Both the position numbers and the translations under genes were made by a program. A stretch of DNA of 64,000 nucleotides from an uncultured virus (IMG/VR IMGVR_UViG_3300027708_000048) (taxonomy: Duplodnaviria; Heunggongvirae; Uroviricota; Caudoviricetes), in the IMG/VR virus record IMGVR_UViG_3300027708_000048; one strand, given 5' to 3'. The notes under the pieces were generated by a model. It searched no databases. It saw only the letters and a list, made by a program, of their open reading frames with translations, and had not been told where the DNA came from. Of this stretch, positions 1 through 9,137 are shown one piece after another. The stretch's first letter is position 1. Each line of letters starts with the position of its first letter.

Positions 1-839
1 TCCAGATTGAGAACCAGATCGCCAAGACTGTCACCCAGCTTACCCAGCTGACGAAGACTGTTCTGGACAACCGCCGCCGCTCGGAGTATCTCCGCTTGGT
101 CAGCAAGGTTGCTTCTGGCTACAACACTGAATACGCCAACCTCAAGGATGTTCCCCCAACTGTCAATCAGTTGGCACAGGATCAGCTTGATGTGCTTCGT
201 GTTCGCCTCATCCGTGATGGTGCAGGGCACAACGCCCTCGGTAAAGAGAACGGCACTCCTGTTCTGGGTCTGATCACCAGCCCCGAAACGAGCCGCCAGT
301 TGCTCCGTAACAACAGCGAACTCCGACAGGACATCCGCTATGCCACCCCTAGTGAGCTTATCGCCCCTCTCGGTGTCGAGCGTTCCTTTGGTGGTTTCTA
401 CCACATGGCTGACTTGGAGGTTCCTCGCTTCAACTACACAGTTGGAACGAACGATCCTACCTTTGGAAACTGGGTACAGGTGTATCCTTTCCTTCAGTCC
501 AGCACGAACACTGGTTATAAGTGGGAGGCAAATCCTGCTTACAACACAGCCGCATATGAGGCCGCATACATCTTCCACCCGGATGTGTATGAGGAGGCAG
601 TCCAACAGGTTGGCCCGAACATCCCCGGAGCCGCCTTTGACGACTATCCGTACTACTATTCTGGTCAGTTCTTCTGGCTGAATATCCGTGATGCGGTGAA
701 TAACCCACTCGGTAAGATCGGTCGCTGGATGAGCGTGTTCACTAGCGGAACTCGCCCCATCGCCCCTTATCTGGGTCGTGTCATCCTGCACAAGCGTTGT
801 GCTAATGACTTCGGTGTCGCTACTTGCACTAACTCCTAA
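1..839 (+). CDS. major capsid protein, 5'-truncated by window edge (copy 1)
   Basis: Near-identical to the 3' part of 42237..43427; strong codon bias; followed by an intrinsic terminator. Confidence 0.8.
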   Translation, partial: QIENQIAKTVTQLTQLTKTVLDNRRRSEYLRLVSKVASGYNTEYANLKDVPPTVNQLAQDQLDVLRVRLIRDGAGHNALGKENGTPVLGLITSPETSRQLLRNNSELRQDIRYATPSELIAPLGVERSFGGFYHMADLEVPRFNYTVGTNDPTFGNWVQVYPFLQSSTNTGYKWEANPAYNTAAYEAAYIFHPDVYEEAVQQVGPNIPGAAFDDYPYYYSGQFFWLNIRDAVNNPLGKIGRWMSVFTSGTRPIAPYLGRVILHKRCANDFGVATCTNS

Positions 840-854
840 TCGGAGATAGCACTC

Positions 855-897
855 AAAGAAGGCCCCTTCAGAGAAATCTGGAGGGGCTTTTCTTTTG
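855..897 (+). terminator. Rho-independent terminator after capsid
   Basis: GGCCCCTTCAGA-GAAA-TCTGGAGGGGCT stem then TTTCTTTT; pairing kept in copy 2. Confidence 0.85.
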
Positions 898-913
898 GTT
901 TAGTCAATACCCC

Positions 914-942
914 TTGACGCAGTAATATAAACGACTTACTAA
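914..942 (+). promoter_or_regulatory. sigma70-like promoter
   Basis: TTGACG-N17-TACTAA, 9 nt before ATG 952. Confidence 0.55.
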
Positions 943-951
943 TTTCAAATC

Positions 952-1248
952 ATGGCTACATCATTCCCTATCCCCAAAGGCTTTTCTGCTCCAGATGGAG
1001 TTAAGAAAGGTCAAGAGTTTTCCGAAATCGCTTCATTTAAAATTGATGGCGGGAACATTACTATCGTCTCAATCGGGCAGGACAAGACTCCTGTAGCCGA
1101 AAAGGAAGATAAGGCCAGCAAGCCCAAGGGAGGGCAAGCCGCCATTAAGGAACAGCTTGGAGCTATGGAAGACAAAAAGGGAAGTTCCTCAATGGAGGAC
1201 ACTGAAACGCCCGAAGAGGAAGCCGCACCAGAGGAGGAAATGGATTAA
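952..1248 (+). CDS. hypothetical acidic-tailed protein
   Basis: 98 aa, conserved in copy 2 (47768..48064). Confidence 0.75.
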   Translation: MATSFPIPKGFSAPDGVKKGQEFSEIASFKIDGGNITIVSIGQDKTPVAEKEDKASKPKGGQAAIKEQLGAMEDKKGSSSMEDTETPEEEAAPEEEMD

Positions 1249-1250
1249 TT

Positions 1251-1481
1251 ATGCGTACATACACACCAACAACTTCATCCACATTTGATGGATCTGATCT
1301 CACGCTTTGCAAGATCCTTGATGTTGCGGCGGGAACCAATGTCGGGTGGGATCGCATTGATCTTTCTGACTACACGGATGCCAATCCCGGGACTGTGGAA
1401 TATACGATTGGCGGGAATGTAGTTCAAACCCTCACCCTTACTTGGGACGGCGACAATCTGACCTCGGTTGTCCGTAGCTAG
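1251..1481 (+). CDS. hypothetical, probable small virion protein
   Basis: 76 aa Thr/Asp-rich, beta-like; conserved in copy 2. Confidence 0.7.
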   Translation: MRTYTPTTSSTFDGSDLTLCKILDVAAGTNVGWDRIDLSDYTDANPGTVEYTIGGNVVQTLTLTWDGDNLTSVVRS

Positions 1482-1489
1482 GACAACTC

Positions 1490-4096
1490 ATGGCACTCAC
1501 AGACGGAATTTTAGCCTATTGGGAATTAGGCGATAATGGAGAGGGTGGAGTAAGTCTAGTTGACTCAACTGGCAATGACTACACGCTTGTATACACCGCA
1601 GGAGAGGGGGCTGGAATGTCCCTTGGAACTTCACAATTTGGTGGAGCCGCCGAATTTACACATGATGGATCTCGCTTGTATTTGCAGTATCCAATAGATC
1701 CATCAATTGAAAATTTAACTATTTCTGGATGGGCTTATGCAAATGATACAAGTGATGTTCAGTCTATTATTTCATACTTCCAAGGTTTTAATTTACATTT
1801 TGCACTAATTTTAGAAGAAGGAACAGCTAACGGAATTGCTTTTGATAATTTTGCGGCAGACCTTGGAATGGGAGTTTCTGCATCAAATCAAACTTGGTAT
1901 TTCTTTACAATTGTATTTGATCAAGTATCTGAACTTGCATCTCTTTGGATAAATGGATCACTCGCTGGGTATAATGGTGTTGAAAATTTTTCTTCATTTG
2001 ATATTCAAGGGTTATCTATTGGTGCAACGCAGGATGGTACATATGGGCTTGGTGGTCAAGTTGCCCAAATAGGATTTTGGAATAGGGCATTATCTGAATC
2101 GGAAATATTAAATCTTTATAATAATGGAAATGGAAATGTTTATCCGTTTTTTGCTTCTTTATACTATAACAATTATCAAGAGGACGGAGATTGGGGCAAT
2201 CTTTTAAATTGGTGGCAAGATGATGCCTTTACGATTCAAGCAACGGCCTTGCCAACAAGTTTAAATCCAGTAAATGTTTATGGTGTTGTAAGTCAAAACA
2301 CGCAGGGTAATGATCAATGTTATTGTTCAACCGCTAATTTTTGGGCATCAAATTTTGGGACTGGACTAACGCTTCAATCCTCTGGTGTTGTTAATTTTTA
2401 CTCTGGATCTGTTCTTTCTGGGAACATTACAGATAGCGTAAGTATGCATGATAATTCATACATCGACATTCCTGCGGTAATTGGAGGGAATGCCACATTC
2501 CGTGATGCTTCATTAAATACCGGGACTATTAATGGAAATGCTACTGTGCATTATGATGGTGGGAGTGGAACATATCCAATTGGAGGAACAGTATTGGGAA
2601 CAGTAACATATATTGGATTTAACTTTGGTCAGACTTGTTACTTCAGCCAAATTCAAAATGGGTATTTGGCAAGTTCCAATAATTGGTTTTTGGATGCTGA
2701 ACGAACAATTCCAGCAGAGTTTGCTCCAGATGATAGGAATGATGTGGTGTTTAGCGGAATGGAAACAATTACTGGAATTACTGGCGATGTAAATGAATCA
2801 ATAACATACAATTCAATATCTTGTGATGGAGTGGTTTTTTCTGGGTATGAGGTTAATCCATTTACAATAATCGCAACGAATGGAATAACTGCAGTTAGCT
2901 CTCTCTTTAGGGCTGTTACAATAGAATCCAACGGATCTTACACAAATTGCACTTTTGCTGACGAGATTGATGCCGCTACTTTGGTGGGAAATATTGTTTT
3001 GCATAGTTGCATTGGAATTTACACGCATGATTCAGATTATCCTATCATTGCTTTTTTTAATGGAAATATTGATGCTTACTATCCAACATCAATTGCATCT
3101 GGTGCGGTAACAGGAACTCTTACTCGGCATGGATATGGACTACAGCAAACTTGCATATCCCATTGCCACCTAGACGAAACAAGTGGAACCAGGGAGGTTT
3201 TGGATCTTTATGAAGAGGAAGGTATTTCTGTAATAGTAACTACCGGGGCTGGATTTGCAGATGCAAATAACACATTTTCAAGACAAAATCCATCTACAAA
3301 TACTTTTGGAAGCACAACTACCACTATTGTTTTTGATGGAAATGAATATAAATTAGATATTGAAAATGGTGAATATTATTACACAACTGATCTCGTGGAT
3401 TGGTTTTGCACAAATTCAGATTACAATCCTCCACCAACAACAGCTTCTACAACAAGTGGATTTCCAGTTGGATATGGAACCGGGCTTATTGGAAATGCCG
3501 CAAGGTTTAATTATAACTCATTAATAAATGATTCTGACCAATTGGCGGTTGAGTTTAGTGTTTCTGTGTGGGTTAGATTCCCGGTTGTCCCTACCGATTC
3601 ATCTGATGGCATCGTTGGAACAGGGCAGACTTATGGAGAGAATTTTACTATTTATGGACATGCAAACAAATTTGTTGTTTATTTTGATTCTAGTGAACAA
3701 CCAGACATACAATCAGATCCAATTAGTGCGAACACTTGGTATCATTGCGTTCTTACTGTTACTTATAACAGAATTAAGTTCTATGTTAATGGAGAGTATA
3801 TTGGTGAAAAAACAGATGTTCCTATTGTAAATGCAGGAGGATTTGCATTGTCAAAGTTCTTTGGTGGTAACTGGCTTCGTGGAAACGCTTTAGTTGATGA
3901 GCTAAACATATTTAACATTGAGTTAAATCAAGCTCAAGTTAACAAGCTATACAACAATGGTTTAGGTCTAGGCTACCCATTCAATATTGCAGGGGCAAAA
4001 AAGATTGACCTTTACAAGCTCCTTGGAATACCTTTCCCTGCAAAAGATTACAAATACAGCCGCCTACTTAACCTCCCCTTCTTTGTAAAAATATGA
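1490..4096 (+). CDS. LamG/concanavalin-A-like receptor-binding (tail fibre/spike) protein, long allele
   Basis: Two LamG-like domains (LAYWEL..TISGW..WYFFTIVFD..IGFWNRALS; FSVSVWV..WYHCVLT..FYVNG..VDELNIFN); AT-rich. Confidence 0.8.
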   Translation: MALTDGILAYWELGDNGEGGVSLVDSTGNDYTLVYTAGEGAGMSLGTSQFGGAAEFTHDGSRLYLQYPIDPSIENLTISGWAYANDTSDVQSIISYFQGFNLHFALILEEGTANGIAFDNFAADLGMGVSASNQTWYFFTIVFDQVSELASLWINGSLAGYNGVENFSSFDIQGLSIGATQDGTYGLGGQVAQIGFWNRALSESEILNLYNNGNGNVYPFFASLYYNNYQEDGDWGNLLNWWQDDAFTIQATALPTSLNPVNVYGVVSQNTQGNDQCYCSTANFWASNFGTGLTLQSSGVVNFYSGSVLSGNITDSVSMHDNSYIDIPAVIGGNATFRDASLNTGTINGNATVHYDGGSGTYPIGGTVLGTVTYIGFNFGQTCYFSQIQNGYLASSNNWFLDAERTIPAEFAPDDRNDVVFSGMETITGITGDVNESITYNSISCDGVVFSGYEVNPFTIIATNGITAVSSLFRAVTIESNGSYTNCTFADEIDAATLVGNIVLHSCIGIYTHDSDYPIIAFFNGNIDAYYPTSIASGAVTGTLTRHGYGLQQTCISHCHLDETSGTREVLDLYEEEGISVIVTTGAGFADANNTFSRQNPSTNTFGSTTTTIVFDGNEYKLDIENGEYYYTTDLVDWFCTNSDYNPPPTTASTTSGFPVGYGTGLIGNAARFNYNSLINDSDQLAVEFSVSVWVRFPVVPTDSSDGIVGTGQTYGENFTIYGHANKFVVYFDSSEQPDIQSDPISANTWYHCVLTVTYNRIKFYVNGEYIGEKTDVPIVNAGGFALSKFFGGNWLRGNALVDELNIFNIELNQAQVNKLYNNGLGLGYPFNIAGAKKIDLYKLLGIPFPAKDYKYSRLLNLPFFVKI

Positions 4097-4356
4097 TCAC
4101 TTTCAAGAAACTAACTGATGTTCTGTTCCCAGATAGGGAAAAGGGGCCATTCAACCCATTGAAGTTAAATTCTTTGGATTGGAGCGTCACCTATAACAAC
4201 ACAGACAAGATTGCTTTTGTGGTGTTCAAGGGGATCAACAGGAAGCTCACGCTTTGGGAAGGAAAAGACTACGATGATGCTGGTCAGTTCACGGATGCAG
4301 ATGTGGATGAACAAGTGATTAAGCTGATGGGTATCAACAAGAAAAAGCTGGCATGA
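4093..4356 (+). CDS. hypothetical (possible fibre chaperone)
   Basis: ATGA-coupled to the fibre gene; conserved in copy 2. Confidence 0.7.
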   Translation: MITFKKLTDVLFPDREKGPFNPLKLNSLDWSVTYNNTDKIAFVVFKGINRKLTLWEGKDYDDAGQFTDADVDEQVIKLMGINKKKLA

Positions 4357-4520
4357 ATGTCCCATCCCACCCAACAGATGGATTTCTAGGGTGTGCGACT
4401 AGTATTGCGGCGTTTGCCGCTTCATTTGTTCCTTCAGAGGAGAGCCTTCGTATTCTTTGCCTTATCTTGAGTATGCTGGCTTCTATCGCCACGATTATCA
4501 GAGTGGCAAAAATGAAATGA
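4353..4520 (+). CDS. small membrane protein, holin/antiholin candidate (55 aa, not in ORF track)
   Basis: MNVPSHPTDGFLGCATSIAAFAASFVPSEESLRILCLILSMLASIATIIRVAKMK; ATGA overlaps at both ends; conserved in copy 2. Confidence 0.65.
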   Translation: MNVPSHPTDGFLGCATSIAAFAASFVPSEESLRILCLILSMLASIATIIRVAKMK

Positions 4521-4978
4521 TTGAACTCCTTTGGAGATATATCTGCACATTGGTTGAATATGTGTGGGTGTGCATTAAAATCGCTTTTGTCAGTCTTCTA
4601 GTCTGGCTATCTGGATGTGCCCATGTGGACAAACAAAATGTCTTTGCTCCTTCTCCAGCGGCTGTGGTTGGCTCTGTGGCTAAAGCACAGCAGAAAGCGG
4701 CGTTGCTACAAGGGGAGGTGAGTCCTAAAGGCAAGGCTGTATTGGACGATCTGAACAAGTCTTTGCTTGAAGCACAAGTGAATGTGGGTAAGTATGTGAG
4801 TGTTGTTGATGAGCAAGCCCGAAAGCTGGCAGACGCACAGGCAGAAGTGATCTATTGGCACGACAAGCAGATCGCTGTGCTTAAAAAACTTTGGTGGTGG
4901 AGGCTGATTGCTATGGGGTCTATTCTCGCTGTTGTTGCCTATATTGGAATCAAGACCTCATGGCGGTTCCTCCTGTAA
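4517..4978 (+). CDS. lipoprotein with C-terminal TM, spanin candidate
   Basis: Hydrophobic N-terminus with lipobox LSGC, helical middle, C-terminal TM; within lysis cassette. Confidence 0.65.
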   Translation: MIELLWRYICTLVEYVWVCIKIAFVSLLVWLSGCAHVDKQNVFAPSPAAVVGSVAKAQQKAALLQGEVSPKGKAVLDDLNKSLLEAQVNVGKYVSVVDEQARKLADAQAEVIYWHDKQIAVLKKLWWWRLIAMGSILAVVAYIGIKTSWRFLL

Positions 4979-5280
4979 AGCTCTCCACGCCTTGGCAAAG
5001 GCTTGTCCTGTCCGTATTGGGGGTAATCACTATTGAGGGTAGCTGGAGATGGGCTGTGGCTCACTTATACACACTCCCGCCACAATCCCTGGCAGGGTTT
5101 GTTACAATCACTACCAACTCCTTCTATGTGATTGGAGCAATCGTGATATTCATGGTTACTGGAAGGCTGATCTACGAGTGGAAGCTAGGCTCCCGGCAGA
5201 TCCAGAGCGTTGCTTCAGAGGCCGAGGAAGTCATTGAAAAGGCTGTAAAGCCAAAGTGGTATGATGACTATAGTTTGTAG
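4960..5280 (+). CDS. putative holin
   Basis: Two hydrophobic segments; directly upstream of endolysin in copy 2. Confidence 0.55.
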   Translation: MAVPPVKLSTPWQRLVLSVLGVITIEGSWRWAVAHLYTLPPQSLAGFVTITTNSFYVIGAIVIFMVTGRLIYEWKLGSRQIQSVASEAEEVIEKAVKPKWYDDYSL

Positions 5281-5326
5281 CAACTTATAGGTTGCTATAC
5301 AAAATTTGGTATAGTAGTGTTTTGAC

Positions 5327-5890
5327 ATGAAGCTAAAAAATTTAACTGGTCAAAAATTTGGAAGGCTGTTTGTAATGAAAAGGATTTCAGAAATAGGCAA
5401 AAAGAACATTCATTGGATGTGCAGATGTGATTGTGGAGTTGTTAAATCTGTAAATGGTGAATCAATAAAAAGAGGATTGAGCAAAAGCTGTGGGTGCTTG
5501 AGGAAGGATATGGGTGCTTGGAACAAGGGTAAAACTGGAATGACCTCTCATATGTTTAGAGGGGAGGGGGAGCTTCCAGCGTCTCTTTATTCAGAAATTA
5601 AATACAAGGCAAACAAAAGGGGGATTGAATTTGATTTAACAATAGAAGAGCTTTGGGAGCTTTATATCGTGCAGGGCTTTAAGTGTGCAATAAGCAAGGA
5701 ATATATTGAGTTTGAAGATAGGGGATTCATGTATCCAAATGTGTGTTCACTTGATCGAATTGATTCTTCTAAAGGATATGTCCGTGAAAATGTTCAATGG
5801 GTTGACAGGCGTGTGAATTTTATGAAGCAGTCAATGTCTCAACATGAGTTTATTGATATGTGCAAGGCAATAGCATTAAACAACAAATGA
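5327..5890 (+). mobile_element. free-standing HNH-type homing endonuclease gene
   Basis: LTGQKFGRL..WMCRCDCG..SCGC N-terminus and SLDRIDSSKGYVRENVQWV..N nuclease motif; absent from copy 2. Confidence 0.8.
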
Positions 5891-6321
5891 CATCTAGATT
5901 TACAGAAGAAATCATACCTTGGACATTTAAGTGGGAAGGCACTTCTTACGAAAATGACCCGGACGATAAAGGTGGAGCCACCAAGTTTGGGATAGACCAA
6001 AGATCACATCCATCCGTGAACATCCGTGAACTAACGGCTGACGAGGCAACTCAAATCTATTGGGATGAATACTGGCAGAAGCTCCATTGCAATCAATACC
6101 CGGTTCCTATGGACTGGGTTTATTTCAATGCCTGTGTTAATTGCGGGGTTGGTAGGGCACAGAAGTTGGTTCGTCAAGCGGGAGCCAATCCAAGAAAGTT
6201 TTTAGATGCTCAAGATGATTTTTATAAAAATCTAGCAGAAGCAAGACCATCAAGCAGGAAGTATTTAAAAGGATGGTTGGCTAGAACTGCTGATCTACGC
6301 AAGGTTTGTGGACTCTCTTGA
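5887..6321 (+). CDS. endolysin, glycoside hydrolase family 108-like
   Basis: WEG..YENDPDDKGGATKFGI and C-terminal YLKGWLAR motifs. Confidence 0.85.
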   Translation: MTSRFTEEIIPWTFKWEGTSYENDPDDKGGATKFGIDQRSHPSVNIRELTADEATQIYWDEYWQKLHCNQYPVPMDWVYFNACVNCGVGRAQKLVRQAGANPRKFLDAQDDFYKNLAEARPSSRKYLKGWLARTADLRKVCGLS

Positions 6322-6425
6322 GTCCTGCTCCGCAGGGGATTTTACTGACTCGACTTTTCTCGTCAAGCAAATAATAATTTTATTTTGTTGTTGCAATCCA
6401 AAACCTATACACATAGAAGGACTGC

Positions 6426-6665
6426 ATGACAACCGACACGCCACGAACTGATGCGGTATTCTATTCAATGCTATGCGAAGCCGATCTCGTTGATTTTTCT
6501 AAACAACTTGAGCGAGAACTTGCCGCATCACAGGCCAAAGTTGCCGCATTAAGGACAGAGAAAAATGCTTGTTTAGATGGCAACAAATACTACGCAGATA
6601 AGGCTGTTACACTTCAAGAAAAAATCAACCGAGCCATTGATATACTAATGGAAAAAATCAAATGA
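6426..6665 (+). CDS. hypothetical (TPRTDA-type small coiled-coil phage protein)
   Basis: Preceded by TTGCAA-N17-TAGAAG-N6-ATG; absent from copy 2. Confidence 0.65.
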   Translation: MTTDTPRTDAVFYSMLCEADLVDFSKQLERELAASQAKVAALRTEKNACLDGNKYYADKAVTLQEKINRAIDILMEKIK

Positions 6666-6916
6666 CAACACCAAACGACACCACCATTGAATCCCTGCTC
6701 AACGAGAACTCCAAGCTCATCACGATCATCTCTCACCTTGAGGAGAAGCTGAAAGCGATTGACCGCAACATGAACGAGCTTTCGCCAGTCATTCAACAAA
6801 TCAAGCAGAGGAACGAATCCCTCACAGCCGCAATCAACTTTGCTCTCACGGAGTATCCGTCAAGCAGGGCCAGTGTTTATTTGGCTGGAGTGATGCAGAA
6901 TCTTTTTCAAAAATAG
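6662..6916 (+). CDS. hypothetical coiled-coil protein
   Basis: Conserved in copy 2 (51487..51735). Confidence 0.7.
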   Translation: MTTPNDTTIESLLNENSKLITIISHLEEKLKAIDRNMNELSPVIQQIKQRNESLTAAINFALTEYPSSRASVYLAGVMQNLFQK

Positions 6917-6954
6917 TTCTTGCTATCACATCATCATCCAACTACACACGACCT

Positions 6955-7086
6955 ATGGCACAGACCAATCAACAGCTTAAAGACGAGAACGAACGCCTCA
7001 AGGCATTGCTGGCATTTATCCGTTCAGAGCTAGATGAAATCTTGGAATCAATCGACGAAGAAGCGGAGATTGAGGAAGAGGAATAA
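6955..7086 (+). CDS. small acidic protein (43 aa, not in ORF track)
   Basis: MAQTNQQLKDENERLKALLAFIRSELDEILESIDEEAEIEEEE; promoter-like motif 6 nt upstream; conserved in copy 2. Confidence 0.65.
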   Translation: MAQTNQQLKDENERLKALLAFIRSELDEILESIDEEAEIEEEE

Positions 7087-7093
7087 AAACACA

Positions 7094-7831
7094 ATGGAAA
7101 CAAACGCACAAACGCAGTATTCAGAGGCTCTAGTAGCCGCAATCGGGGAACTATCCAATGTTCCCAAGACAGCATCCAATCCGTATTTCAAATCCAAATA
7201 CGCACCACTAGACGCAATCATTGAGGCCACACGCCCCATCCTTGCCAAGCATGGCCTTGCGGTTACGCAACAGCCTTTGTTTATGGAAGGAACAGCCGGG
7301 GTTGAGACTACGATTATCCACAAGGGAGGTCATAGCACCACCACAACACTGCTCCTCCCATTAAAGGATCAGTCACCACAGGGAGTTGGGTCAGCAATAA
7401 CTTATGCCAGGAGATATAGCTTGGCCTCTGTTTTGGGCATAGCATCAGAGGATGACGATGATGGTAATGTCTCAACTGGGCTTGCCAAAAAGGAGGAAGC
7501 TCGTCCTGCCATAGCGAAGGTGATGGACAAAAAGGATGCGGCTCCTCGTCCAGTAGGATCAGTCACAACAACTTGGCGGGGAGTTCTCCCGACTAATGCG
7601 AAGGTGGCGGCTCAATCCAAGGAAGGATCTGCCAAGAAGTGGACGCTATATTCCGTTGAGTTCAGCGACAAAGGCAAGACCATTGAGGCCATGACCTTTG
7701 ATGAGAAGCTGTTCAGTGCGGCAACGACATTCGGTTCTGATGGGACGATTGTTGACGCTGGCGTGAGTCCGGGGAAGAAAGATCCCAGCAAGTGGGAGCT
7801 AGTCACACTCACTCCTTCTAATGAATCCTAA
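7094..7831 (+). CDS. erf: ERF-family ssDNA-annealing recombinase
   Basis: NPYFKSKYAPLD..PILAKHGL..PQGVGSAITYARRYSL..DDDG signature. Confidence 0.9.
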   Translation: METNAQTQYSEALVAAIGELSNVPKTASNPYFKSKYAPLDAIIEATRPILAKHGLAVTQQPLFMEGTAGVETTIIHKGGHSTTTTLLLPLKDQSPQGVGSAITYARRYSLASVLGIASEDDDDGNVSTGLAKKEEARPAIAKVMDKKDAAPRPVGSVTTTWRGVLPTNAKVAAQSKEGSAKKWTLYSVEFSDKGKTIEAMTFDEKLFSAATTFGSDGTIVDAGVSPGKKDPSKWELVTLTPSNES

Positions 7832-8597
7832 ATCGAAAGCAAAAGGGGCGGCGAAAGCCGCCCCTCATGTTGCAAAGAAATATGAGAGGTTCATTGCCAT
7901 TGCCTGTTCTCACGGAAAGTATGCTGACCATACTGCCATTGAAGCTGTCCTTAAAATGCGAGACAGATGGAAGCCAACGATTGTTGTTCATCTGGGCGAT
8001 TGGTGCGATACAACCGCATGGCGTAGTGGTGCGGCTGGAAGCTCCGACGAGTCTGAACCTGTCGCTCCAGACATTGATGGCGGGATCTCGTTCTTGCGAA
8101 AGTATCGACCAACTCATGTGTTGGACGGAAACCATGAAGATCGAATACCCAGAATGCTCAATCATCGTAACGCCATTGTCTCCTACGCCGCTCACAAGGC
8201 TACGGACTACATTGACCGGGCTTTCCTCGACATTGGTTGCCGCAGGATTCCGTACAATGGAGTATATCAGAGGTTGGTTATCGGTGATGTGACCTTCACA
8301 CATGGAACCATCTACAACGAAAACTCGGCTCGTGATATGGCAGAGATGTATGGAGGTAAGGTTATATTCGGGCACACGCATCGTAGCCAGATGGCAGAAG
8401 GAAGAACTATCAAGGAAAGCACAGGATATTGTGCCGGGACATTAACACGCCAAGGAAGCATGGAATACGCAAAGTGTCGCAGGGCCACGCTAGGATGGAG
8501 GCAGGGAATCGTTTATGGTGAGATTGGCGATACAGATAGTGCTGTCTGGCTATGCACACGAAGCGAATTTAACAAAGAATGGAGGTTGCCGCTATGA
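7821..8597 (+). CDS. calcineurin-like metallophosphoesterase
   Basis: HLGDWCD, GNHE, THG, FGHTH motifs; first DxH motif reads CSH. Confidence 0.85.
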   Translation: MNPKSKAKGAAKAAPHVAKKYERFIAIACSHGKYADHTAIEAVLKMRDRWKPTIVVHLGDWCDTTAWRSGAAGSSDESEPVAPDIDGGISFLRKYRPTHVLDGNHEDRIPRMLNHRNAIVSYAAHKATDYIDRAFLDIGCRRIPYNGVYQRLVIGDVTFTHGTIYNENSARDMAEMYGGKVIFGHTHRSQMAEGRTIKESTGYCAGTLTRQGSMEYAKCRRATLGWRQGIVYGEIGDTDSAVWLCTRSEFNKEWRLPL

Positions 8598-8848
8598 GTA
8601 AAAATGAATATATAAATGAATATGCAGATGTAATATCTCTTTATCACAAAGCCGTTGCTGAAAAGCCAGATGCTGGATTTTTCTCAAGATCCCAATGGGA
8701 GGATAAATGGCAAAAGGGAACTACTGAAACAACCAGAACGATAGCGAAACTAATAAAAGCTGGATTGATGGAGGTTAGAAAATACAAGATAATCACACCT
8801 AGCCGGGGGCTATATCCAACCCAACACTATAAACTAATAAAAAAATGA
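8594..8848 (+). CDS. small basic protein, possible winged-helix
   Basis: ATGA-coupled; a divergent counterpart occupies the same slot in copy 2. Confidence 0.6.
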   Translation: MSKNEYINEYADVISLYHKAVAEKPDAGFFSRSQWEDKWQKGTTETTRTIAKLIKAGLMEVRKYKIITPSRGLYPTQHYKLIKK

Positions 8849-9060
8849 CATTGAGTAACGAATATTACATCGAACCAAACTTTTCTATTCTGGCTGGCCC
8901 ATACAACGAGAATAGCCCAAGGGAAAAATCATTCCTCCAGAATGTGATCAATGATCTAAAAGCTGGCGGGATTGAATATAAACTTGAGCCTTCATTTGGC
9001 GATAATGGAAATCTCCGTGGAGTGAATGTGTTGAGGAAGGGAATGATCTTGCCAAAATGA
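8845..9060 (+). CDS. hypothetical protein
   Basis: Conserved in copy 2. Confidence 0.7.
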   Translation: MTLSNEYYIEPNFSILAGPYNENSPREKSFLQNVINDLKAGGIEYKLEPSFGDNGNLRGVNVLRKGMILPK

Positions 9061-9137
9061 CGGCTGAACAACAACTTGCACTTTGTGCAATCTTATGTGC
9101 AGTATTTGTTTACTGCTTGATACAGACACGCTTATGA
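9057..9137 (+). CDS. 26-aa hydrophobic peptide
   Basis: MTAEQQLALCAILCAVFVYCLIQTRL; ATGA overlaps on both sides; same peptide in copy 2. Confidence 0.5.
   Translation: MTAEQQLALCAILCAVFVYCLIQTRL

Noticed and set aside
1490..4096. DGR-type diversification of the fibre
   Set aside because: No RT or template repeat; differences between alleles are domain-scale and not adenine-specific
4457..4516. Upstream non-ATG starts in the ORF track (also 4891, 7034, 21626, 26512, 62360)
   Set aside because: They overlap real upstream genes; coupled or promoter-proximal ATGs fit better
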